Shown here piece by piece: positions 8,324-16,061 of a DNA stretch of 24,131 nucleotides. Source of the stretch: a virus (taxonomy: Duplodnaviria; Caudoviricetes); IMG/VR virus record IMGVR_UViG_3300047669_001814, positions 1 to 24,131 of that record; one strand, given 5' to 3'. Numbering within the stretch: the first letter of the stretch is position 1; every line of letters starts with the position of its first letter. The translations under genes were made by a program, and so were the position numbers. Below the pieces are notes generated by a model, which worked only from the letters and a program-made list of their open reading frames with translations, was not told where the DNA came from and ran no database searches.

Positions 8324-9351
8324 TAGAGAAGCGTACCAATTTCTTCAACTGGATCTAAATCTATGTCGGGTAACGCTTCATCTACGTCTACACGCTCTTC
8401 AAGCCAAGCACGATACTCTGGGTGTTCAAGAACGTATTTACGTACTCCACCCATACCAGAAACCTTTGTTTCGGCAGCATCACCCAAGTTATACCAGGCA
8501 CCCCTACGCACAATAATATCTTTAGCAACTGCAACCCGCAAGGTCATTTCTAGTAAATCAATCCCGCCGTCAATTTTGAAAGGTACAACACACTGGTCCC
8601 ACACTTCGCCGCCTACTTTAGATTTTCGACTACGTACGCGCATTTCAAAACCAATTTTTTTAGATGCGGCCACGTTGTCTTTTTCGTTAATCCAACCCTC
8701 ACGCTTTACTTGCAAAAGCATGTGGCTAAAAAATGTTTGTCCAACACCACCAGGCATATTGTCCAGCGATACCGGACCCATACTAGCCCTAACCTGATTA
8801 ATCCAAATCATGGCTGACCCATTTTTTAGGTGTGGAAAAAGCTTAGGAATAGACTGGTTAACAAACCGTGCCTGCCACGCCATGGGATTGTATCCAAAGT
8901 CTTCGTCATCTATATAAGCTGGCAGCAGGCCGGCTACGCTATCCAGTACAACCAAAGGACATCCGTCATTTAAGGCTGCGCGTGCGACCAAGAAGGCTTG
9001 TTCGGCATTATCTGGCTGAATCACGTATATACGATCTAAATCAAGGCCACATTTAAGCATCCAGTTCTTATCCCAAGACATTTCAGTATCAATCCAAACT
9101 GGAAAAACTCCATCGGCTTTCATAGTCTGTTGAACACTTTTAATAGCCTGGGAGGCCAGGTATGATTTACCAGAACTAGTTTGACCAGTCATAATTGTAA
9201 ATCGCTTTTGCGGAATACCTCCGCCAGTTAAAACATCAAGGTCTGGAATGTTAAATTTGATTCGGTCATATTCCCACTGTTTAGCAGAACCTAGGCCTAT
9301 TACACCCTCAGTTAGCATTTTTTCTAGTTCTGATTCTCGTTTCTTTGCCAT
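8323..9351 (-). CDS. recA: RecA/UvsX recombinase
   Basis: LDVLTGGGIP, Walker A GQTSSGKS, WIDTE, Walker B VVLDSVA, INQVR, PGG, KSKVG, GAWY. Start moved from 9387 to ATG 9351 (MAKKRES), just after the upstream stop. Confidence 0.93.
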   Translation of the reverse strand: MAKKRESELEKMLTEGVIGLGSAKQWEYDRIKFNIPDLDVLTGGGIPQKRFTIMTGQTSSGKSYLASQAIKSVQQTMKADGVFPVWIDTEMSWDKNWMLKCGLDLDRIYVIQPDNAEQAFLVARAALNDGCPLVVLDSVAGLLPAYIDDEDFGYNPMAWQARFVNQSIPKLFPHLKNGSAMIWINQVRASMGPVSLDNMPGGVGQTFFSHMLLQVKREGWINEKDNVAASKKIGFEMRVRSRKSKVGGEVWDQCVVPFKIDGGIDLLEMTLRVAVAKDIIVRRGAWYNLGDAAETKVSGMGGVRKYVLEHPEYRAWLEERVDVDEALPDIDLDPVEEIGTLL

Positions 9352-9352
9352 A

Positions 9353-9571
9353 CTACTTTTTGTTAGCCTCGGCCAATACATCGTCAATTTCTGTTCCAGC
9401 CCGCTCCAAAAGCACTGGCCAGATCTTATTAATAGCCGCCTTACTCATTTCTATCTGCGCGTCAACATCAAGCTCTGGATTAATACCCGTAAGTTCAATA
9501 TCTACCCGACCAAATGTGTACTTGTCCTCGCCTAACCTAAATGTAAATCCAATTTTTGATCCTACTTCCAT
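9353..9571 (-). CDS. Hypothetical protein (72 aa)
   Basis: GAGGAGG RBS; KIGFTFRLG...RVDIEL beta-hairpin then helix; abuts recA. Confidence 0.75.
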   Translation of the reverse strand: MEVGSKIGFTFRLGEDKYTFGRVDIELTGINPELDVDAQIEMSKAAINKIWPVLLERAGTEIDDVLAEANKK

Positions 9572-9572
9572 T

Positions 9573-9725
9573 TTAGTCCTCCTCTTTATCTACATAATTT
9601 ATACTGCATTCAAAATTATTTTTTGAAATAATTAATTTATTAACTACTCTATAACGCCAAATTAACATATCGCGCAGACCGGCAAGCACACCATTTTTAT
9701 ATGATTTCCATATATATTTACACAT
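9573..9725 (-). CDS. Possible 50-aa small ORF
   Basis: MCKYIWKSYKNGVLAGLRDMLIWRYRVVNKLIISKNNFECSINYVDKEED*; fills the gap with 1-nt spacing at each end. Confidence 0.35.
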   Translation of the reverse strand: MCKYIWKSYKNGVLAGLRDMLIWRYRVVNKLIISKNNFECSINYVDKEED

Positions 9726-9726
9726 G

Positions 9727-11727
9727 CTATACCTTCATAGCCATTGCTTCTTCCAGTGTAATCTTTGCTTTTTGAACAAAGCTTGGATTATAAAAATTCA
9801 TGTCTACCGGAAGTAGTACACCAAGAGTAGGTTCTTCAAGAATATCTTTCAACTGCTGCAGCACGCCCATTTCAGAGCTATGCACCTCAAATACAACTTC
9901 GTCATGAACCTGAGATATCATATTTGTTTTTTTGTCCGCTAAGAATTCGTCAAGTGCATTCATACGCTCACATACAAATTCACCTGAAGTTCCCTGCACA
10001 ATGTAATTTGTAAGTTTGTACACCTGGTCTGGAGAAACAGAATACCGTCGACCATATCGGTTTTTGACATACCCACGAATATTTAAAGTTTCTAAGATTT
10101 TTTCTTGGAAAGCTTTCATTTCAGGAATTTTTTCCATGTATGTTTTTTTGAATTCAGATGCGATTTCTTGCGTCATTTCCAAACTTTTAGCAAGAGCTTT
10201 ATTACCAATGCCATAGACTAGCGCAAAGTTAATTGTCTTTGCAATTTGCCTATAATACTCAAAAGTATCGTCCCCAGGTACAACATCCCAAATTAATTTT
10301 GCAGTTGCGTCATGGGCGTCCCACGTAGGGTCTTCCATTTCTCGTAAAATAGTATTATTATTAAGGAATGAAAACAAAACACGCATTTCAATTTGCTTAT
10401 AGTCAAAGCCAACTAAAGTGTAACCAGGTCTAGGTATAAACACTCGCCTAACCGATAGATGTACGTTTTCATCAAACTCTGCCATCTTGGCCGCCTTATC
10501 AAAGTCCATAGGCATTGCCGCGTCAACTTCATCGTCATCGTCTATTTCTACATAGTTAGCAAGATCAGCCCATGATAAAAGCATCTTGGTTAAATTTTGT
10601 ACATTTGGCTCACCGCAAGATAAACGACCGGTACGCGTACCCCAATTTTTGAACTGCGGATGAAGCACGTTACCTGGTACTGCAAGATAATTTGCAAAGT
10701 AAGTCTCGCCAAGTTTACCCAACGCACGAAACTCACGAATCTTTACCGCAACGGGATGATTGATAAGTTTCAATACATTTTTGTCCCAACTCTCATTACC
10801 TTTTTCAGTTATAACGGGAGACTTGATTCCAAAACCATGGAACATATTTGCTACATCTGTGGATCTGGCAATATCTAACTCACGCCCAGCCAGATCGTTA
10901 ATTTCACTCTGAAGCTCTAGCATTCGTCCCGAAAGCCTATCATAACTACGTTGACAATATTCTCTATCAAAATACATTCCAATATTTTCAGCGTTCATTA
11001 GAGTCTTGGTAAGCTTTTTATGATGCTCGTATAGACCCGTAAGCTGCCAGTCTTTAATTTTAGTTAGTACGGCATTAAATACTAGCGCTTCTGAATAGAT
11101 ATCACCCATACAATACGTACCAAGGTTATACTCTCCTGCATAATCAAATCTCTGGAGTTTATTACTTTTTGTAATTTGCTTCTTAAAAAAGTAGTCATAC
11201 TGGATTTCTGATGGCCCTACAAAGCGTGTGCAGGCTGCAGTTGCCTTCATGTTAGGCTTGTGATCGTATAGCACCATACGAACCATTGGCATTATGTCTA
11301 TCCACTCTTGAGACCTAGGCGGATTGTACTTACATTTCATTAGTAGTCCGGCCATATCAAATTTCAAGTTATATGCAATTAGCGCTGGAATTTTTTCCAA
11401 CGCTGAGATGAATCTATAAAAACTTACGCTACTAGACGCTGTAACGGCTGAATCTTCTATTTGATTGCAATTAGGAATCCACCACTGTATATCCTTAGTT
11501 CCAATTCCAATACCAAATATTTCATCCCTGCCGCGCAAATCTATACCTGTAGTTTCAACATCTACTACAAGTTTAGATTGATGTCCCATCCACTCTATAA
11601 GCTCATCAACGTTAGACTCCGTCATGTGGTGCATGCCGGGCTTTGCATATAGCTTCATAGCAAACAGGTCTATTGGGGCCGGCGCTTTTTTGATTAGCAC
11701 CTTTTTAGCTTTAATTACAGTTACCAT
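9727..11727 (-). CDS. polA: DNA polymerase family A with 3'-5' exonuclease
   Basis: ExoI DVETTG, ExoII YNLKFD, ExoIII YCMGD; TRTGRLS..PNVQN, motif A DYKQIEMR, motif B RQIAKTINFALVYG, NYIVQG, motif C QVHDE. No 5'-3' exonuclease domain. Confidence 0.96.
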   Translation of the reverse strand: MVTVIKAKKVLIKKAPAPIDLFAMKLYAKPGMHHMTESNVDELIEWMGHQSKLVVDVETTGIDLRGRDEIFGIGIGTKDIQWWIPNCNQIEDSAVTASSSVSFYRFISALEKIPALIAYNLKFDMAGLLMKCKYNPPRSQEWIDIMPMVRMVLYDHKPNMKATAACTRFVGPSEIQYDYFFKKQITKSNKLQRFDYAGEYNLGTYCMGDIYSEALVFNAVLTKIKDWQLTGLYEHHKKLTKTLMNAENIGMYFDREYCQRSYDRLSGRMLELQSEINDLAGRELDIARSTDVANMFHGFGIKSPVITEKGNESWDKNVLKLINHPVAVKIREFRALGKLGETYFANYLAVPGNVLHPQFKNWGTRTGRLSCGEPNVQNLTKMLLSWADLANYVEIDDDDEVDAAMPMDFDKAAKMAEFDENVHLSVRRVFIPRPGYTLVGFDYKQIEMRVLFSFLNNNTILREMEDPTWDAHDATAKLIWDVVPGDDTFEYYRQIAKTINFALVYGIGNKALAKSLEMTQEIASEFKKTYMEKIPEMKAFQEKILETLNIRGYVKNRYGRRYSVSPDQVYKLTNYIVQGTSGEFVCERMNALDEFLADKKTNMISQVHDEVVFEVHSSEMGVLQQLKDILEEPTLGVLLPVDMNFYNPSFVQKAKITLEEAMAMKV

Positions 11728-11743
11728 TGTTATCCTTATGTAC

Positions 11744-11783
11744 TTTGTATACTATTATACAAATTAAAGTAGGATTTTATCAA
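11744..11783 (-). promoter_or_regulatory. Putative sigma70-type promoter for polA
   Basis: TTGATA (11783-11778) - 18 nt - TATAAT (11759-11754). The -10 overlaps the inverted repeat TTTGTATA-N4-TATACAAA (11744-11763). Confidence 0.55.
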
Positions 11784-12786
11784 CAAACAGCCGCACATCT
11801 ATCAGCGGCTCTAAACGTTCAATAATTTTATTTCGCAAAAACTCCCGCGCTTTCGGTTTATTAAATAAAGAAAATTTCAACATAGCAAGAATATCCCAAT
11901 GATCTTCGGCTATGCAATCAATTGGCAAAATTTCGTTAGTAGCAATATTAGACTCAAAGCCTATGGGCAATGTCCCAAAAAGAAGTGCTTCAGAAAGTCT
12001 TGAAGTTATATTGCCGGTCACATCAAATGAAGTTTTACACAGTAATGGTGTAAGCACGGAGCGCCCATAGATCTCTCTGAACTCACTTGAATTTGCGTTC
12101 GAGTGGTGAACTATGCTTGGCCAACGTTTGCGGTCCCAATCACCCCAAAAATGTATCTGGTTTGGGTACAACTTTCCAAGAGGCGCAATACAAAGATCCA
12201 TAGATTCTTCCTTATCTTTTTGTGTGCCCACGTACACTACAAGATTATCGCCTTCTGGTGCTAACATTGGAAACTGTCTTAAATCATTGATATCAAATGG
12301 TAAAAATGCCGAATGACGCGTAATTGAAAATTCTCTAGGTTCTAAAGACGGTTCTAACACCATATCAAATCTCCAGAGTACTTCATCTTCCTCAGTCAGC
12401 CCATGATCTAAATCTATTACAATCACGGCCGTGCCTGTACCTGAATACCAATCTAAAAGCCTAGTACGCTGTCCAGCGTCTACTGGATTATTTCGCCATT
12501 CCAATAGTAATATATCTAGCTCTGGAAAATCGTTTTGATCAGCCCAATGCAAATCATAGTAAGCCGCAGCTCTTTTGTTACGAGAAAATGCTGCAAAAGC
12601 GGATTTACCAAGTTTTTCTATTATAGGAGCATCTCTGTCAGAATTCATTGCGTACACAGAATGTCCACGATTAAGAAATTCGTTTATTATACTTGCGCTA
12701 TACGGAGCATTACCATCTACAGATGCTACACCATACCCGGACCTAATATCCGATAAATGCCCAAACCACGCGTAACCTATTTTCAT
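11764..12786 (-). CDS. GT-B glycosyltransferase, T4 beta-glucosyltransferase/CgeB-like, probably DNA-base modifying
   Basis: N-terminal MKIGY beta strand, RGHSV; C-terminal domain LVVYVGT, IHFWG, GNITSRLSEALLFGTLPI (compare BGT VIYGG, IEFFG, ITLRVWET). Lies in an operon with a dCMP hydroxymethylase. Confidence 0.75.
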   Translation of the reverse strand: MKIGYAWFGHLSDIRSGYGVASVDGNAPYSASIINEFLNRGHSVYAMNSDRDAPIIEKLGKSAFAAFSRNKRAAAYYDLHWADQNDFPELDILLLEWRNNPVDAGQRTRLLDWYSGTGTAVIVIDLDHGLTEEDEVLWRFDMVLEPSLEPREFSITRHSAFLPFDINDLRQFPMLAPEGDNLVVYVGTQKDKEESMDLCIAPLGKLYPNQIHFWGDWDRKRWPSIVHHSNANSSEFREIYGRSVLTPLLCKTSFDVTGNITSRLSEALLFGTLPIGFESNIATNEILPIDCIAEDHWDILAMLKFSLFNKPKAREFLRNKIIERLEPLIDVRLFVDKILL

Positions 12787-12796
12787 TAAATATCCT

Positions 12797-13498
12797 TTAT
12801 GAAAGCTGCGCTCTCAAATGATGTGCATACTCTGACGGATCTACTGGCTGCCAACTCCATTTTTTTGTAATAAAGAAATCTAGATTTAACAATGGTGTTA
12901 TTGGGGTATGAATATTTTGTTTCATTAAAAGGTTGAAAAGAGTTGTTCCTACTGTTAAAATTTGTTCTGGATTTAACAGATCTAACTCTTCCAATAACCT
13001 AGGTGTGCACCGTGTTAGCTGCGCGGGTTTTACCCTGGTAACCCCCGTCATATGACATTTTATAGGTGATGTAATCCAGCTGTAAGCCAAAACACCAGCC
13101 TTAGCCATTGCCGCGCGCATATATGCTTCAGCTTTTATGCTCATCAAAGGATCTTTAAGAACAACATATTTAGGCAACATATTGCCAGATCCTAAATTAG
13201 GGCCACTCATATCTTCACGAAATTCGCACTTGTCACAATTTTCGTTACTATTATTTAGTTGTATAATTTTGCTGGCATTTTGCTCACCAGCACGGTGCAC
13301 CCAAGGTAGGCTAGTAAAAATACCAGGTTTTCGTATGTCTGTCAACTCATCATACACCAAGTATGGGCCAGTGCCAAGACTGACTTCTATACTTCTCAAA
13401 GCCGGAGAAGCATCAGATCCTACTGCAACACACTTGGCGAGAGCGCCTTTCCAACTTTGTATCCTGTCATCCAGGACATTGCGTAGCTCTAAGGCCAT
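12797..13498 (-). CDS. Uracil-DNA glycosylase family 4-like Fe-S protein, catalytically degenerate
   Basis: CDKC, GSGN, WITSPIKC, RCTPRLLEELDLLNPEQILTVG match the UDG-4 scaffold. The GEAPG, Asn and HP motifs are absent. Confidence 0.7.
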   Translation of the reverse strand: MALELRNVLDDRIQSWKGALAKCVAVGSDASPALRSIEVSLGTGPYLVYDELTDIRKPGIFTSLPWVHRAGEQNASKIIQLNNSNENCDKCEFREDMSGPNLGSGNMLPKYVVLKDPLMSIKAEAYMRAAMAKAGVLAYSWITSPIKCHMTGVTRVKPAQLTRCTPRLLEELDLLNPEQILTVGTTLFNLLMKQNIHTPITPLLNLDFFITKKWSWQPVDPSEYAHHLRAQLS

Positions 13499-13499
13499 G

Positions 13500-14183
13500 T
13501 TACTCCCCTAATATAAACTTGAAGTGTCTTTCGTACACGTGCAAACTACCAGCATTCCATATAATCTTACCAGCCTCTATAGGCTCAGTAAACATAGGGG
13601 AAATCTGAAGACCCGAAACAAGCCCGTCAAGAACATACTTTTGCCATGCATAATCATTCTTATATCCGAATACTGCGTCATTAGAACGCATATTTACAAT
13701 GGCGTCCAATTTGCCATCACGGTATAGATACTGAACAGTGCTAGTACAGATAAAGTCTGACATGCCATCGGTGTTGTATTCAACCTGCATGGATGGTCTG
13801 GTATAGATAATGATGGCACGACGCGTGTATGGATCATTTAGGAGTGCTAGAGCAGCTCCTGTATACTGATTACCATTAGCTCGGCTAAACGCGGCCCAGC
13901 CATAGTTAGAATTAATTTTTCCTTCTTCTGAAGAAATCTGCTGCCAAATGGCTGGCACTTGCCCTTCCATATCATTTACGTTTAAAGACTCAGACAGGTA
14001 CCACTTGAGTTCACGCTCAATATATTCCTGATTTTCTATACCAAAAATGATTGGGGTGTTGGCCTCAAACGTTGCGCCGGCAATTTCTACCGTTTTTACT
14101 CCTGACTTATCTATCACAAATTCTTCATTTTTAAGAAGTCGCGTAAACTCTTGCTGAATATCGAGAACCGTATTATTTTTCAT
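13500..14183 (-). CDS. dCMP hydroxymethylase (T4 gp42-like thymidylate synthase superfamily)
   Basis: DKSGVKTVEI, EYIERELKWY, NSNYGW, TRRAIIIYTRPSMQ, GMSDFICT, NMRSNDAVFGYKNDYAWQ (Asp specificity residue), GSLHVYERHF closely follow T4 gp42. Confidence 0.88.
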   Translation of the reverse strand: MKNNTVLDIQQEFTRLLKNEEFVIDKSGVKTVEIAGATFEANTPIIFGIENQEYIERELKWYLSESLNVNDMEGQVPAIWQQISSEEGKINSNYGWAAFSRANGNQYTGAALALLNDPYTRRAIIIYTRPSMQVEYNTDGMSDFICTSTVQYLYRDGKLDAIVNMRSNDAVFGYKNDYAWQKYVLDGLVSGLQISPMFTEPIEAGKIIWNAGSLHVYERHFKFILGE

Positions 14184-15108
14184 TTTGTGTCTTCCTTACT
14201 GCTTCACGATACTTAATCATTTTACCAAACGAAGGAGGTATGGTTAAGTCCATGCCTGCGTGATCTTTTTGAATTTTTGCCCAACAAACGTCAAGTAGCC
14301 CATTCCAATACGATGAACCTGTATCATTATACGAGCCACCCTTAGTAACCGCATCAAAAGCTTCTGAAACCACACCTCTAATCTCAAGAGGCTTGGCCGG
14401 CATTTTTTCCATAATGCCGTCTTCTGGTGTATCATGAAATTCATTTAGTATACGTTTAAGCTGATCTTCGTGCTTTAAATAAACGTGACAATTAGATACC
14501 ACATTTCTAAAGGTGCCTAGCTCAGCTCCAATTTCTTTAGCCGCAATTTCTTGAAGCATGGTCCAATGAAAAGCGTCATATGGGAAACCAAACATCATAT
14601 CCTGTGAACGAACAAAAACGTTCATAGCAAGTTTGTCATTTTCCATCTGAAGATGAAAACCAACGTTACACGGATAGTTATTGCCTGCTCCGCCAAAGTT
14701 GTCTTCCGACTGATGAACGCTCACGTAACCTTGACGGCTATACGGATTCTTTTTTAGCTCGGCAACTACCATTAGAAACTGGGCCATAATTCGCGGACCA
14801 TACGCGCCGAATAGATTTTTATTTTCATCCAAACTAAACCTAGCTACAGATGTATTGTATGGCACTAATCCAGCAAGATCTGATCTACCTGCATACATCC
14901 ACAAAAATTCACCGGCCATAAAATAAGGACTAGCGTCACGGGCTTTTCGTGTAAGCACTCGATCACGAGGGTTTGCCATTTCCATAACTATAAAATCTTC
15001 CATCATCATAGCTTCACCACGACGATTAGTCTTACGTCCGCTATTTAAAAGCTCTTTAATAACCATTTTATATGTGTCATTAAAACCTTGTCCCTTTATT
15101 ATTTGCAT
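14173..15108 (-). CDS. Thymidylate synthase superfamily protein, Asp-type (putative dCMP methylase/hydroxymethylase)
   Basis: EFLW..AGR, GAYGPR, PYSRQ, catalytic PCN, RSQD..FGFPYD (Asp where ThyA has Asn), HVY. Confidence 0.8.
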   Translation of the reverse strand: MQIIKGQGFNDTYKMVIKELLNSGRKTNRRGEAMMMEDFIVMEMANPRDRVLTRKARDASPYFMAGEFLWMYAGRSDLAGLVPYNTSVARFSLDENKNLFGAYGPRIMAQFLMVVAELKKNPYSRQGYVSVHQSEDNFGGAGNNYPCNVGFHLQMENDKLAMNVFVRSQDMMFGFPYDAFHWTMLQEIAAKEIGAELGTFRNVVSNCHVYLKHEDQLKRILNEFHDTPEDGIMEKMPAKPLEIRGVVSEAFDAVTKGGSYNDTGSSYWNGLLDVCWAKIQKDHAGMDLTIPPSFGKMIKYREAVRKTQNEK

Positions 15109-15111
15109 ACT

Positions 15112-15576
15112 TTACTCCTCGTGTTCATACTCTGTTATTGCACGCACGTCTATTTGTGCTTCAGTGAACATATGTTCAGCAAGCTTATGCGAATTTTCCC
15201 ATTTACCACTATTGTGACGACCTGCCTCAGCGCTTGGCACGAGTATCAATTTTACACCTACGCTAATCAGACCTTTTGCACACTCATGGCAAGGATACAA
15301 AGTTACATATACTGTAGAATTTCTAAGGCTAACGCCTTCGCTGGCGGCATTATAAATTAAGTTCATTTCAGCATGAACCACATACAAAAGTTTGACGTTT
15401 GGATCTTCAAGCCTTTCATCGTCGTCTATCATACTTGGAAAGCCATTATAGCCTTCAGCAATTTGCCTGCCATAAGGACTTACAGCTACAGCTCCTACCT
15501 GTCTAAGAGGATCTTTAGACCAGGACGCAACTTCTTGCGCAATGGCCATAAAGCGTTTATTCCATTTTTCATTCAT
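15112..15576 (-). CDS. dCMP deaminase
   Basis: SKDP..QVGAV, GYNGFP, HAEMN, PCHEC zinc motifs. Confidence 0.93.
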   Translation of the reverse strand: MNEKWNKRFMAIAQEVASWSKDPLRQVGAVAVSPYGRQIAEGYNGFPSMIDDDERLEDPNVKLLYVVHAEMNLIYNAASEGVSLRNSTVYVTLYPCHECAKGLISVGVKLILVPSAEAGRHNSGKWENSHKLAEHMFTEAQIDVRAITEYEHEE

Positions 15577-16034
15577 GAATTTTTTGGCGTGTTACCAAAT
15601 ATCCAGCCATTTGGTGTAGGGCTAGTAATAGTAAACGGTTCTGCCAGCTGCGGCTGATTGAAAATATCATTATTAGGGTTTTGACCATCCATCTTACCTC
15701 GAGCATACGCTACAAAGAAAGAAGCATATACAGCTAAATCCTTAGCTGTGTCTTCAATTGATTCAAACTTAGGCGTAGCGTAACCTACTTCCGACGCCTC
15801 CAGCAACGACTCAAGACGCTTCATCTTTACATGCATCATGTCATGCAATGATTGCAGCCCGTGCGGCCAATAATCTGCCAGCTTTACAAAGCTATTGTAA
15901 TCTTCAGATTTCTTAGTCTGAAGAGCTATGCATTCTTTAAGTACCCTGGTGGGCTCGGTTTCCTCTATCTCATCAGCATGCAACGTGTGGGTAACAGTAC
16001 CCATTATTGTTTCATACTCATCTTTTATTGACAT
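15573..16034 (-). CDS. DUF1599 / nucleotide-modification-associated domain 1 (Nmad1)-like protein
   Basis: K.EDY, KMKRLESL, ESIEDTAKDLAVYA pattern; sits in the nucleotide-modification cluster. Confidence 0.7.
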   Translation of the reverse strand: MSIKDEYETIMGTVTHTLHADEIEETEPTRVLKECIALQTKKSEDYNSFVKLADYWPHGLQSLHDMMHVKMKRLESLLEASEVGYATPKFESIEDTAKDLAVYASFFVAYARGKMDGQNPNNDIFNQPQLAEPFTITSPTPNGWIFGNTPKNS

Positions 16035-16061
16035 CTATTCTCCTTAACAAACTTTACTTAT

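Noticed and set aside
14173-15108. Calling the 311-aa protein canonical thyA or an SPO1-type dUMP hydroxymethylase
   Set aside because: It has Asp rather than the Asn used by dUMP-specific enzymes, and PCN rather than PCH.
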